This document shows, piece by piece, positions 27,908 to 38,057 of a stretch of 64,000 bases of DNA (the stretch's first letter is position 1; every line of letters starts with the position of its first letter). The stretch is from a virus. Its lineage: Duplodnaviria > Caudoviricetes. The translations under genes and the position numbers were made by a program. The notes beneath the pieces were generated by a model, which ran no database searches, had not been told where the DNA came from, and was given only the letters and a program-made list of their open reading frames with translations. The DNA lies in the IMG/VR virus record IMGVR_UViG_3300020037_002952, positions 1 through 64,000 of that record; one strand, given 5' to 3'.

Positions 27908-28423
27908 ATGGCAGCAACAGATATTTACGAAGTGTGGATGAATCCGAATGCCGGTCTTGTTTATATTGATAAGACAGACCAGAATGGCAAAGTTCAGTCT
28001 ACTTGTATTCTACCAGGACAAAAGTTTAATATTACCCCTGATGATCGCCGGAACAACACCGAGCGAGCTTGGAAACCGGAGGCAGATTTGTTTAGTAATG
28101 GAACACTATCACAGGTAAAGCTTCTTGATACCGAGGCAGATTATGCTGACCTTACCGAAAACCCGAATATTATCGGCGAGTCAGAGATCAAAGATCTTTT
28201 CAATCTCAAAGCGGTTGAATTCAAGAAGCGCATTGCCGGGATTACTAATGATCGAGTCCTTACTCGCATTAAAGAGTATTCTGAGGATGAGAAGGCTGAA
28301 GCTACCGTTGCTCAGCAGAAAGCTGTTAAAGCCCGTCTAGAAGAACTTATCCCTGAAGATGATCCTTCACGTAGACTTCCAGATCGGACTAAGGGCGAGA
28401 TCACTCCAATTTATATGTCCTAA
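27908..28423 (+). CDS. Hypothetical protein (head morphogenesis region)
   Basis: 171-aa ORF with AAGGAG RBS and an upstream GTCGATAT motif. Confidence 0.7.
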   Translation: MAATDIYEVWMNPNAGLVYIDKTDQNGKVQSTCILPGQKFNITPDDRRNNTERAWKPEADLFSNGTLSQVKLLDTEADYADLTENPNIIGESEIKDLFNLKAVEFKKRIAGITNDRVLTRIKEYSEDEKAEATVAQQKAVKARLEELIPEDDPSRRLPDRTKGEITPIYMS

Positions 28424-28462
28424 GGACGTTATATTCATTAGAACATCTTTAAAGGAGTTATT

Positions 28463-28960
28463 ATGGCAACAGTAGATTTAGAAGACCTTGTACCAGATAT
28501 CATTGTTGCTTTAAATATTCCCGGCGAAGATTTATACGCAACAGTTGCCCCTGAAACATGGGTTGGATATCTAAAAGATGGTTTCTGGAATGCAGTCCTT
28601 GAAGGGCTGCTTTCTGGGTATACGGAATCAGACGGAGTGATTTCTTCAACCAGTGGCGATGAAGCAATGCCTCGTGATTTGCAACAGTTAATCATTATGT
28701 ATACTTCTATTGCCGTCTTGAGAAACAGACTCTTTAGTCTCCAAACCTTATTCCGAGCCAAGGCTGGTCCAGTTGAATACGAGGTTCAGCAATCGGCTCA
28801 GGTTATGAAAGCTCTACTTGATGAGTTTTCTGAACGCCGGAAGTTCATTCTTCAGAGGCTTTCAGATAGTGGAACAGCTACAGGCATTTACTATTTTGAC
28901 TCTTATCTTGCTCGTCAAGATTCTATCAATGATGGCTTAACTGCCTGGATTGGTTCGTAA
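28463..28960 (+). CDS. Putative head-tail adaptor
   Basis: Position; KAGPVEYE resembles adaptor beta-hairpin motifs. Confidence 0.55.
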   Translation: MATVDLEDLVPDIIVALNIPGEDLYATVAPETWVGYLKDGFWNAVLEGLLSGYTESDGVISSTSGDEAMPRDLQQLIIMYTSIAVLRNRLFSLQTLFRAKAGPVEYEVQQSAQVMKALLDEFSERRKFILQRLSDSGTATGIYYFDSYLARQDSINDGLTAWIGS

Positions 28961-29424
28961 TGGCGAAACCAACAGATCCTAATTTCGGCAAGAGCTTCAA
29001 TGCTGACGTAGTAAGACAGGCGCTAACAAGCGCTATGGAGATGGGCCTTGCCAATAAAGCTACAGATAAAGTTACTTTCTGCTGGAATGTTGCTCGATCA
29101 TATGATACATCATCAATAGCAATTGATGCTTCTGGGAAACCTTTTAGCTTTGACGCAACCCCTTCACAGGTGACGGAAAAAGAGAACGTCCAGATACCCG
29201 CTGCTGTAACATTCATTGAGCACCAGCCGAGAGGCACTGCCCTGGGTCAAATGGACAATCCACGTATTGAGCTTACGGTATTAGACACTTACTACCCATC
29301 AGTAAGCACTGCTGATAAAGTTCTCATAGGTGGTAGCGAATATATCATTGACTTCTGGAAGGTTGATGGTCTATTCGACATGGACGTATGGACATGCTTT
29401 GTTCATGCAACAGATGAGACGTAA
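28960..29424 (+). CDS. Putative head-tail stopper
   Basis: Position; DKVLIGGSEYII pattern. Confidence 0.55.
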   Translation: MAKPTDPNFGKSFNADVVRQALTSAMEMGLANKATDKVTFCWNVARSYDTSSIAIDASGKPFSFDATPSQVTEKENVQIPAAVTFIEHQPRGTALGQMDNPRIELTVLDTYYPSVSTADKVLIGGSEYIIDFWKVDGLFDMDVWTCFVHATDET

Positions 29425-29432
29425 GGTAAATC

Positions 29433-29954
29433 ATGACGAATTATGTTGGTGGGCTAAGACTCAGATTGATTAAGGAAAGTTACTTCAATATGGTTAAGGA
29501 TGGCTTAACAGACTTAGGATGGTTTGAATCTGGCCGGGGTCACTTGCCTGTATCGATTATCCCAGAACAAGCGGACAACTCAGTCGAGTTAAAAGCTAAC
29601 ATTATTGGAGTTTCTACTGAGGATATTTTTAGCGAAGAAGCTGAACTTGGCTCCAATCTTAGTAAAAACTCTTGGGAAGCTTTTATTGATATCCTGGCCG
29701 AGGATGAAGCGGTTGGAATACATTTAGCGGGGGATATTAGAGATCTTCTTTCTGGCAAAATTTCTTCAGTAGGAAGAACCCGCCCGAATTTAGAAGTGAA
29801 AGATTTAGCTCCCAGTAATGACATTGCTTTTACTTGTTCGCTTGAAAATATTGAAATGCAAAGGGTAAGAGATTGGGATAGTGGATCTTACGCAAGATAC
29901 TGGTGGATTGTTGCTTGCGAAATTGTTGATCATTACTACGACGATCAAGAGTAA
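29433..29954 (+). CDS. Putative tail terminator
   Basis: Position; IDILAE...LAGDIRDLL pattern. Confidence 0.5.
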   Translation: MTNYVGGLRLRLIKESYFNMVKDGLTDLGWFESGRGHLPVSIIPEQADNSVELKANIIGVSTEDIFSEEAELGSNLSKNSWEAFIDILAEDEAVGIHLAGDIRDLLSGKISSVGRTRPNLEVKDLAPSNDIAFTCSLENIEMQRVRDWDSGSYARYWWIVACEIVDHYYDDQE

Positions 29955-29999
29955 GAATCCAATGGACGATATATAAGATGATGGACCTAGGAGGTTATT

Positions 30000-30344
30000 G
30001 TGGCTACTGTGTATAACAATATTGATAAAGTTGCTGGCGATCCTCAGAAGGTGTCGATTAAAGTCGAACTTGTTTGGGACACAGAAGACTCTCCCGTTGC
30101 ATATGATGCCGACAATCTTACCATGATTCAAGGATACGTGGAGATTGACTCCGACGAATTGGGCGCATGGGAGCTTGATCTTGTTGCCAATGATAGTATC
30201 GCTCCGACTGATAATGCTTATAAAGTAACAGAAACATTAAAATCTAAAAATACTTCTGTGACTTATTACATGTACGTCCCTGACAGTGCAACCCCAACAT
30301 TTTGGGTAGGTAATCTTATTATTTCAGAGCCTGTGTGGGTGTAA
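30000..30344 (+). CDS. Putative virion fibre-attachment protein
   Basis: D..G.W.LDLVAND.IAP....YKVTE pattern; AGGAGG RBS. Confidence 0.5.
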   Translation: MATVYNNIDKVAGDPQKVSIKVELVWDTEDSPVAYDADNLTMIQGYVEIDSDELGAWELDLVANDSIAPTDNAYKVTETLKSKNTSVTYYMYVPDSATPTFWVGNLIISEPVWV

Positions 30345-30345
30345 T

Positions 30346-30717
30346 ATGACTGGGTTCTCAAGCGTTACACATAACATCACTATAGAATCTGACGTTACCT
30401 TAGAAGAAGTTTTGCGCTTTGAAGATGATAAGGGAAACATTGTTGATCTTACGGGCTTTACTGCTCGTATTGAAGTGCGTACTGCAAAGGGTGAAGACCC
30501 TGATGTCACTGATCCAATCCTTGTTCTTACAACGGAAAACGGTGGGATTACAATTGACCCTAATCTTGGTAAAATTACGATTCTTATTCCCGTGACAGAG
30601 GTTGGGTTTTCTGGGTATTATGATCTTCTTTTAGTAAGCGCCGACGATAAACAATACAAGCCTATTGTGCCGAGCAAACTGAAGGTCAAGCCGAGCGTGA
30701 CCAGTCTGCCAGCGTAA
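30346..30717 (+). CDS. Putative virion protein (BppU-like N-terminal domain)
   Basis: VDLTGFTARIEVR...LTTENGGITI...YYDL motif. Confidence 0.6.
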   Translation: MTGFSSVTHNITIESDVTLEEVLRFEDDKGNIVDLTGFTARIEVRTAKGEDPDVTDPILVLTTENGGITIDPNLGKITILIPVTEVGFSGYYDLLLVSADDKQYKPIVPSKLKVKPSVTSLPA

Positions 30718-30726
30718 GGTGTAACT

Positions 30727-31824
30727 ATGGTTAATTTTGATGATATCACAACTCTTATCATAACCGCTGAGAGCCCTTCTACCGTCATTAAGGTAGTAGA
30801 GCAGGGACCCCCCGGGCCACCCGGTGAACAAGGCCCTGAGGGCCCTGAGGGGCCCCCTGGTGATGGTTCTGGTGCTAGCGCCTCATTAACGGCGTCTGTT
30901 GTTTTATACTGCCCTGATAGAACTGCTTCTGATATTACTCCCATTGAAAACGAAACAATGTGGTGGGTATTCTATCGTGAGGGCCATGTTGGGGCCGGAG
31001 ATGGCCAGGCCGAACTCGACGACTGGTATTCTCTAACAAGTTTTGATTGGACCGAAGGCTGGTCAACAGATAACGATCCAACAAATGTTCTTCTCATGTT
31101 TCCTGGCGAAGAATGGCCAACTGTGCTCGCAGAAGTAGTCCCAACAGGATTTACAGCCATTGATGTTCTTGGCGGACAGCAAATCACGATTGGTTGTGGC
31201 GGAGCAGGTTTTGGTTGGCACTCTATTTGGGTTGCCTCAAATGATGCTGTGTCTGGTGGTATTGGAGCGCTTGATCCAACGGCTCCTGCAACATCGTTCC
31301 AACCGCAAGGTATCGATGCTGGAATGGTCGAAGTTGGTGGTGACGATTCAGGTTGGATAAGTCTTCGTCAATGGATGATCGACAATCCTATCGGGGCACC
31401 TACTATTTACTACGATTCATCAATAGCAGTACAACCGTGGGTGCAGACCGACGCTGACTTCGGGGTTTCGTCCACAGTAACTGCTCACGGACACGTTACT
31501 CGCACGAATCCGTATTGGGCTGAGGTCACTCTTACGTTCCATTCCGTGGTTGATGTGACTACTCCTGGTACTGGTGCCCCGCAGTTTCTTGTTAGAAAAC
31601 TACTCGGGTCATTCGACGCAGACTTTTCCAACTGGTATTGGGGCTGGAGCACTCCTAGCGATTTGCGCTGCTCTGTCTGGGGTCAAATCGCTGGGCTTCC
31701 GTTCACCGGATTCGTGAGCCGACAGGGCTATATTCTCGACGCCAACGGTGACACGATTACCCGTGTTCTCGTATCCGGCGATTACCTTAGAGGCACCGTG
31801 ACAGGAGTTTTCCAAAATGACTAA
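30727..31824 (+). CDS. Collagen-repeat fibre protein
   Basis: QGPPGPPGEQGPEGPEGPPG followed by beta-rich domains. Confidence 0.7.
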   Translation: MVNFDDITTLIITAESPSTVIKVVEQGPPGPPGEQGPEGPEGPPGDGSGASASLTASVVLYCPDRTASDITPIENETMWWVFYREGHVGAGDGQAELDDWYSLTSFDWTEGWSTDNDPTNVLLMFPGEEWPTVLAEVVPTGFTAIDVLGGQQITIGCGGAGFGWHSIWVASNDAVSGGIGALDPTAPATSFQPQGIDAGMVEVGGDDSGWISLRQWMIDNPIGAPTIYYDSSIAVQPWVQTDADFGVSSTVTAHGHVTRTNPYWAEVTLTFHSVVDVTTPGTGAPQFLVRKLLGSFDADFSNWYWGWSTPSDLRCSVWGQIAGLPFTGFVSRQGYILDANGDTITRVLVSGDYLRGTVTGVFQND

Positions 31825-34800
31825 TATTAAACCGATGCTTATAAAATTCCCATGGTTCACACTGTACGGAATGCCGTCTGCTCCAGGCCGACTCGCACGC
31901 CTTCGTTGTGGCATGGCGATGCTTGTCCATGAACTTGTAGAGCTTGTTGCTGGATCTACTACTGCTCACTCAATGCGCTCAGCCAACCGTTTCCAGATCG
32001 GCGCACCCACAATTACTGTCCCAGCATCAGAGCGAAACCGTCTTTTCTTCACTACTATTGCTGACGGGTACCCAGAAATCTATGGTGATCTTATAGATGG
32101 ACGCACTGGCGTCGAATGCCGGATGTTCGCCTCTGGTACTGTCGATTCTAACTTCGAGTTGATCTACAACCCTGGAGAGCTTATCGAAATCTCTATCTCT
32201 AATCCGGCTACTGGGAACTGGGAGAAGGTTGGGGGGAATCACGGTCACGGTTATGGACTTGGTTGGCCACAACGGATCAAAGAGGTTCTTCACGACTCAG
32301 CCCCGATAGCTGTCCTTAACTCTGGCGTTTGGGACTCTGATCTTGTTGAGTGCGGCCCAGTTCTTTGGGATGATGCGACCGAACAGTGGATTGCCACATG
32401 GACAGGCCGTGGGACGGTTCACGTAGATCCCCTTGTTGATGGGTTTCAAGGTTCCCGTATCGGAGCGGCGCTATCTGTAGATGGGTTCACTTGGACTCAG
32501 CATCCACAGAATCCGATCACTGGAGAAGAGCAGCGCACTGTTGGCGGAGAGGGACGTGGGGCCGAGGACCCATTCATAGCCAAAACTGTCGACGGGAAAG
32601 TGTGGCGTGACTCTGATGGTTGCGCTCACATGTATGTCGAGCAGAAGCTCATGGGCACCCAGATTGGCCTTTCGTGGTACAAGTCCGGGGTAAATACACT
32701 CAACGACTGGGTGTTTCAAGATCAAATAATCACAGCCGGAACCGTAGAGTGGAATGAGTATTTCTGCGCCTCTCCGGTAACCATTGTTGACGGCTCAACA
32801 ATGGTTATGGTCTACGAAGGACTTGATAATGTTCTCCACGGAGACATTGGGGTTGCCCTTTCAATGGATGAGGGTGTTACGTGGGACTTCGGGACTGAAA
32901 CGAAACTCATTGAGCGGGTGCCAGACACTTGGTACGAGAAATCCCTGGTGGCCGACGATGCGATTCTTGTCGATGACAAGTGGATTCTACTGTGTCATGG
33001 ATCTAATAACGGAGATATCTACAGGGTCGGGAGGTTTGTAACTACAGATTCCCCGGCAGATTGGGGACCCGGTTCGTTCACTCCGATGGATGAGACGTTT
33101 TTCTCCACGTCGAACACTGTGCATTGTTGGGGGAACGATCCCACAGCAGCTATTCGACTCAACGAGAATGACACAGAACTTCGACGTCTAATTATTGCAC
33201 CCATCGACTTTGTGACAACGCCCGAAGCAGCCGAAGCGTTCGATCCGTCCGCACTCGAATCGTCGATAGGCTCACTCGAAAGCCGTGCTGACGATCTCGA
33301 AACCGCTGACGTGGCGGTGGACGGGCGCATCCTCAACACCGAATCAGATATCATGCGAGCGTTCCTCGCTACCGGAAGAACTGCTCCGTCCACAACGATC
33401 GAAGCTTTTGCTGCTACAACTGGTGATTTTGGTGGTACCCCGCCAGATGCCGTAATACTTACTATTCCAGCTAGCCTTACAACACCAGCCTTACCGTGGA
33501 TTAATATTGGATCGCAATTGGTTTCACTTGCTAGTTCGTCTCCAACTGCTCCATCCTCTGAGCATCGTCTCACAGGTGTAAAGGTTCGCGTGACTGCTAC
33601 TGGCATTGATCAATTAACAGATATCCAGGCGACCATTCTGTTCGGTGGGGCGTACCCTTGCAAGGTCGGCTCGCTTGGGGCATGGGGATCGAATACTGAG
33701 AACGGGGCGAACCTCGACCCCGCTCACGCTGACGTGGCGGTCGAACAGGACGTGGTGCTTCTACTCGACGAACCAATTGCTTCTGGTGATCTTAGTTCAA
33801 TGCTGCTCGTTGCTGGGTTCGTCGTATCAGGAGAATCTCCGTCTATTGGCACAGGCGCAACGCTTGATTTCCCGACCGAACCGGAATGGTTGTGGGATAC
33901 CGACATCGCCAGTGGGAGCGCAACGCTCAACGAAGTAGTCGGTCTTGGTATCGCCGGAACACACACACTGACCGAAGCTGGCGCATACACGATTCAGGAT
34001 GGCGGTACGATCACGCTCCCTTCGGCTGCATCAATGCCGGGTGCCGAGGTTTCCGTTCAGCACATCACTTCCAGTGGTGGTGGCGGGACGCTGACCGTCA
34101 ACCCATTCTCCGGGGAGTACATGCAGCGAGGGTGGGGCAACGACAGCTTCACCACATCATCGCTAGTCATCGACACGGACGCCATGATGATTTGGCGAGC
34201 GGCCACCGCTGCTGGATTCGGGGTGGATGCATGGGTGCTCGTCTCGCTTGACTATCAAGGTGAAAGCGGAACTGTTGATGTAATTTCTAACGTGGCAACT
34301 GGCACTATTATTGGCCGAGCAACAGCAAGTAGCGGCGATTCAGAAGAATTATCTCCATCACAGGCTCGTACAGTTATGGAACTTGGTTCTGCTGCACTAG
34401 CAGACTCTGCTGATTTTGCTACTCCCTCTGAGGTTACTTCTGCCGCGAACGCCGCCGAAGCTGCTGCTATCGCTGCATCGCAACCTGTTGACTCAGATCT
34501 AACTAGCATTGCTGCATTAACAACAACGGCTTACGGTAGAGCATTTTTGGAACTAGCAAATCAGGCTGCTCTTCTTGCTCTACTACATGTTGTACCTCAG
34601 GTCCGAGGTTGCCCAAGGGCAGTGGCGGATGATTGGGTCCTCTTATCTACGCCATATGGCACTGGAAGTCAGAGTGTTGCTACCGGTGGTGCGGCATCGT
34701 CCTCATCTGGCAAAGCAATATATGTACCGTTTACAATCGATCGTGCCATCTCGATCACGGGACTCGGGATCGAAGTGAGCACTGGAAACGCCGGAGGATC

Positions 34801-35161
34801 AGCTGTACTCAGAATGGGCGTCCATTCCGATACTTCTGGTCGCCCTGGAGCAGTTGTGGTGGATACAACTACGACAGCTACGGCAGCGGCTAAAGAAGCA
34901 ACGTTTTCTTCAACGGCGCTTGCACCAGGAAATTACTGGGCTGTCCTTGCATTTCAATCGTTGGATACGGCTGGAACAAACCCCCTTATACGTGGAGCGC
35001 TAGCAATGACTAGCTCAGCGAATCGTTCGGCGGTTGTTACTGGAGCAAATCAGGCTGCCACATATACAGCAACAGTTTCAGGTGCTTTGGCTGCTAATCC
35101 AACTGTGTCACTTACAACACCGTTAGTTCCAAATATTTGGATGAAAGTAGGAACACCATGA
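31817..35161 (+). CDS. Large fibre/spike protein with a glycoside-hydrolase-like five-bladed propeller
   Basis: WD..VE..P, RIGAALSVDGFTW.QHPQNPI, AEDP, MVYEG, IGVALSMD.G.TW (GH43/32/130-clan-like); DSDLTSIAAL linker; C-terminal beta domain. Confidence 0.75.
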   Translation: MTNIKPMLIKFPWFTLYGMPSAPGRLARLRCGMAMLVHELVELVAGSTTAHSMRSANRFQIGAPTITVPASERNRLFFTTIADGYPEIYGDLIDGRTGVECRMFASGTVDSNFELIYNPGELIEISISNPATGNWEKVGGNHGHGYGLGWPQRIKEVLHDSAPIAVLNSGVWDSDLVECGPVLWDDATEQWIATWTGRGTVHVDPLVDGFQGSRIGAALSVDGFTWTQHPQNPITGEEQRTVGGEGRGAEDPFIAKTVDGKVWRDSDGCAHMYVEQKLMGTQIGLSWYKSGVNTLNDWVFQDQIITAGTVEWNEYFCASPVTIVDGSTMVMVYEGLDNVLHGDIGVALSMDEGVTWDFGTETKLIERVPDTWYEKSLVADDAILVDDKWILLCHGSNNGDIYRVGRFVTTDSPADWGPGSFTPMDETFFSTSNTVHCWGNDPTAAIRLNENDTELRRLIIAPIDFVTTPEAAEAFDPSALESSIGSLESRADDLETADVAVDGRILNTESDIMRAFLATGRTAPSTTIEAFAATTGDFGGTPPDAVILTIPASLTTPALPWINIGSQLVSLASSSPTAPSSEHRLTGVKVRVTATGIDQLTDIQATILFGGAYPCKVGSLGAWGSNTENGANLDPAHADVAVEQDVVLLLDEPIASGDLSSMLLVAGFVVSGESPSIGTGATLDFPTEPEWLWDTDIASGSATLNEVVGLGIAGTHTLTEAGAYTIQDGGTITLPSAASMPGAEVSVQHITSSGGGGTLTVNPFSGEYMQRGWGNDSFTTSSLVIDTDAMMIWRAATAAGFGVDAWVLVSLDYQGESGTVDVISNVATGTIIGRATASSGDSEELSPSQARTVMELGSAALADSADFATPSEVTSAANAAEAAAIAASQPVDSDLTSIAALTTTAYGRAFLELANQAALLALLHVVPQVRGCPRAVADDWVLLSTPYGTGSQSVATGGAASSSSGKAIYVPFTIDRAISITGLGIEVSTGNAGGSAVLRMGVHSDTSGRPGAVVVDTTTTATAAAKEATFSSTALAPGNYWAVLAFQSLDTAGTNPLIRGALAMTSSANRSAVVTGANQAATYTATVSGALAANPTVSLTTPLVPNIWMKVGTP

Positions 35162-35298
35162 TTCGTGAAATCTTTGTAGACGGAGTATTAGTTGAAACCA
35201 TCGAAGTGGAGACGCCAGTTGTCGACCTGACACCTGAAGAACGTATCGCCGAGCTTGAACAGACCCTCGAAACCTTACTAGCGCTCTTGGAAGGATGA
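35158..35298 (+). CDS. Small fibre-associated protein (46 aa)
   Basis: Below the track threshold: MIREIFVDGVLVETIEV...TPEERIAELEQTLETLLALLEG; ATGA overlap with the fibre gene. Confidence 0.65.
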   Translation: MIREIFVDGVLVETIEVETPVVDLTPEERIAELEQTLETLLALLEG

Positions 35299-35302
35299 GA
35301 CT

Positions 35303-35497
35303 ATGCCTAAACCAAAGAAACCAAATCGTGACAATTTGGCAAACATCCCAGCCACCGGGAATCTCAATGCTAATCAGTTAACGCCAATTGTTCGAGAACT
35401 TCAAAAAAGAGTTCAGCAACTTACGCAAGAACTCGAAGCAAGGTATGATAGGGATGACGAAATTGCTGCTATTGCCAAATCTTTAAGAAAGCAATAG
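35303..35497 (+). CDS. Hypothetical coiled-coil protein
   Basis: 64-aa ORF within the operon. Confidence 0.55.
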   Translation: MPKPKKPNRDNLANIPATGNLNANQLTPIVRELQKRVQQLTQELEARYDRDDEIAAIAKSLRKQ

Positions 35498-35516
35498 ATT
35501 AACCAAAGGAAAAGGG

Positions 35517-35765
35517 ATGAATGAAAAAGGGTTATTAGGTAAAAGAAGAAATAGATGTATTGCAACTATCTTAAGCTACAAGGAACAAAATTGTGATTTG
35601 ATGCTTTCGGATGAGGCTGCCATTGGTTTGCGCAAAGTCATTTTAGATGAGATAAATGATCTTTGTGAATTAGTGTTCGATATAGTAGATGAACAAGTTG
35701 TTTTTAATGAAAGTTTTTTTGCTATGTTCGAAGAGATGCATGAGATTATTGTAGACAAGGAGTAA
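35517..35765 (+). CDS. Hypothetical protein
   Basis: 82-aa ORF with RBS. Confidence 0.65.
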   Translation: MNEKGLLGKRRNRCIATILSYKEQNCDLMLSDEAAIGLRKVILDEINDLCELVFDIVDEQVVFNESFFAMFEEMHEIIVDKE

Positions 35766-35770
35766 GTCAC

Positions 35771-36658
35771 ATGGCTAGAGTGAACGGAACAAGATATCCA
35801 ATTCAAACAAACGCCAAAAAATTTGGTGGGGTTAACACCAGAGCCATCGTTAGAGAAGTAAGTAAGGGCGTTGAAAATGACATAGCTAAATATATGCGTA
35901 AATGGGCTAGAAACTTAGAAAAATCAACGCAACGCAAAAGCGAAATTAGTAATATAAATAAAGAAACTGCTGCCGAGGCAAGACAGACAGTCCAAAAAGC
36001 ATACGCATCTTCTGGAATTGGCAAACGTCCTTCATATCGTCAGAATGACTCAAGAAAACTTAAACGGTATTCTGCTGGAGCAATGGAAAGAGCTTTAGGA
36101 GACGAAAAAGTTATTTATGGTGACGCTAAAGGTATTTTCTTTATTGATAAAAAACGGTTAGACAGAACAGCTAAACAGTGGTATCGACTTAACTTCGGTG
36201 CTCAACCAAAAGGGCGTAAAGCTGTGACCACAACTCCGATGAGATTCTTTGGTCGCCCATCTTCTAAAAGGTTTAATTTAGATCGTTATAAAGCTTCTGA
36301 TCCTTTCTTAGTCCCAAGAGGGTTTTTCTCTCATTCATTCTTTGCTTCTTCTAGTCCCGGCAAAAACTTTGAGCCTGGTACTAAAAAGCCCATGGATGCG
36401 TTTTATCTTAAATCTAAAAAAACTGCCCATCGTCAATTCAAAGATCGTGATGGAGTAAAAGTCCGCCCGAACTTTAATAGAAGACAATATGCTGTTGGTA
36501 AAAATGGTCGTCCAGACGAGGATAAGCCGGTTCTGTCTAAAGGTATTAAAGGATATAGCTTCATTGACAAAGGTGCTCAGAAGATCAATACTGTGTATCC
36601 AAAGAAGATCGAGAAAGTATTTAGGGGCTGGGAGAAGAAAGCTCGCTTAGTTAAGTAA
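35771..36658 (+). CDS. Basic neck/tail-completion-like protein
   Basis: Very Lys/Arg-rich; WYRLNFG and GIKGYSFIDKG reminiscent of HK97 gp10-like proteins; upstream of the tail tube. Confidence 0.5.
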   Translation: MARVNGTRYPIQTNAKKFGGVNTRAIVREVSKGVENDIAKYMRKWARNLEKSTQRKSEISNINKETAAEARQTVQKAYASSGIGKRPSYRQNDSRKLKRYSAGAMERALGDEKVIYGDAKGIFFIDKKRLDRTAKQWYRLNFGAQPKGRKAVTTTPMRFFGRPSSKRFNLDRYKASDPFLVPRGFFSHSFFASSSPGKNFEPGTKKPMDAFYLKSKKTAHRQFKDRDGVKVRPNFNRRQYAVGKNGRPDEDKPVLSKGIKGYSFIDKGAQKINTVYPKKIEKVFRGWEKKARLVK

Positions 36659-36682
36659 ACTTTATACTCATAACTCCGTTAT
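36656..36682 (+). promoter_or_regulatory. Sigma28/WhiG-type promoter for the major tail protein
   Basis: TAAA-N15-TCCGTTAT. Confidence 0.65.
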
Positions 36683-36792
36683 ATACAATAGGAATCATAT
36701 CGCTTATGTTGTGCATATGATAGTATTCAAAAGGTTTTGCAGGTTAGTATTCATACAGGCGAAGAAAGCCTAACAAGAAAGAGGTATTAACG

Positions 36793-38055
36793 ATGTCCAT
36801 TCGCGGGGGTTCCATCCTAACACAAGCCGGAAAGTATGTTTTGGATCGTGTCCAAACTGCTGGTCCAGGCGACCTTAACATTACTCGTGATAAAGTTTAC
36901 GAGCTTGGTAACTATGAGTCAATTGGTACTACAACTGGTATCCCAGAGATTTCATATGACCTTGAATCATTCGACGTTTCGACAGAGTTTGAGGCTTTGC
37001 TTGTTGGCGAAAACCCAACAACTTTCTCCTCAACCGTTGGATCTAACGATATCGATTTCCGAAATGCTGTCCCGATTGACATCATCTCGCCAATCAAATC
37101 AACTCGTGGAGCTTTCGATATTGTGAAGGGTGCGGTTATTCCGTATCTTACACTCAGCAATGCTTCATATCGTTTCGGTGTTGGCGACAATGCTTCACAG
37201 TCATTCACCCTTACCGGCGATGCGATTTACTACACACAGGGCCAGCCTTATGTTGAAGAGTTTACTTTCACCTCGGGTACTCCAGAGTATACGCTAGCTA
37301 ATACAGCGGAAAAGTATGACCAGACCGGCGAAGACGTTTATGTGCTCAGCGTATGTCTTTTCCATACAACAACTCATGCATTCAAACGAGTATACTTTGA
37401 TTCAACTGGTGATGCTGGTTACACAAACACTACAACCACATTTACCCTTCCAACTTCACTTGCTACAGGGACAACCTATAACCGAGTTAAGGTGACTTAC
37501 GGTTCACAAACCCTAGGTTCCTACACCCAGCTTGGCAATAACCCTAGCGGTGAGCTTATCCACCAGACAACTTCAGTGAAGCCTGCTGCTGTTCGTTCAC
37601 AGGATTTGGACGTGTTCATTGGTACCGCTGGAGCGACTCCAGTATTTACCCGGTTCAACTCAGTTCAGAACATTGAAGCCACTTGGTCCGTTTCGCTAGA
37701 AAACGACGAAGAGCTTGGTAACAAGCACTATGTTGCTTCTGACTATGACGTTCCTGAGGTTTCTGGCTCGATTGGTGTGAAGCCGTTCGATCCTGCCGAT
37801 CTCTGGGCGAAGCTTAGCCAGATCACTGGCGTTCCTGATGATGAGGTTATTGGCCCCAACATCACACAGACGGTGCCTCTTGAGATGAGAATTTCTCATC
37901 CCGATACTGGCGCACGGCTTAAGACCATTTACATCCCAGATGCTCGGTTCAACGTGCCTGGCTATCAGGGTCAGGTTCAGTCCAAGATGGAGAACACTCT
38001 TAACTGGAGTTCTGAATCAGGTCAGATGTATGTCTTCAACGGATCAAGAATTTAG
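36793..38055 (+). CDS. Major tail (tube) protein
   Basis: VYELGN / EELGN duplicated tube motifs; Thr-rich; upstream of chaperones and TMP. Confidence 0.8.
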   Translation: MSIRGGSILTQAGKYVLDRVQTAGPGDLNITRDKVYELGNYESIGTTTGIPEISYDLESFDVSTEFEALLVGENPTTFSSTVGSNDIDFRNAVPIDIISPIKSTRGAFDIVKGAVIPYLTLSNASYRFGVGDNASQSFTLTGDAIYYTQGQPYVEEFTFTSGTPEYTLANTAEKYDQTGEDVYVLSVCLFHTTTHAFKRVYFDSTGDAGYTNTTTTFTLPTSLATGTTYNRVKVTYGSQTLGSYTQLGNNPSGELIHQTTSVKPAAVRSQDLDVFIGTAGATPVFTRFNSVQNIEATWSVSLENDEELGNKHYVASDYDVPEVSGSIGVKPFDPADLWAKLSQITGVPDDEVIGPNITQTVPLEMRISHPDTGARLKTIYIPDARFNVPGYQGQVQSKMENTLNWSSESGQMYVFNGSRI

Positions 38056-38057
38056 TC

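Noticed and set aside
33019-33606. 195-aa antisense ORF and other antisense or alternate-frame ORFs within long genes
   Set aside because: They lie opposite or inside well-supported CDSs, lack RBS or motifs, and are expected from codon bias.
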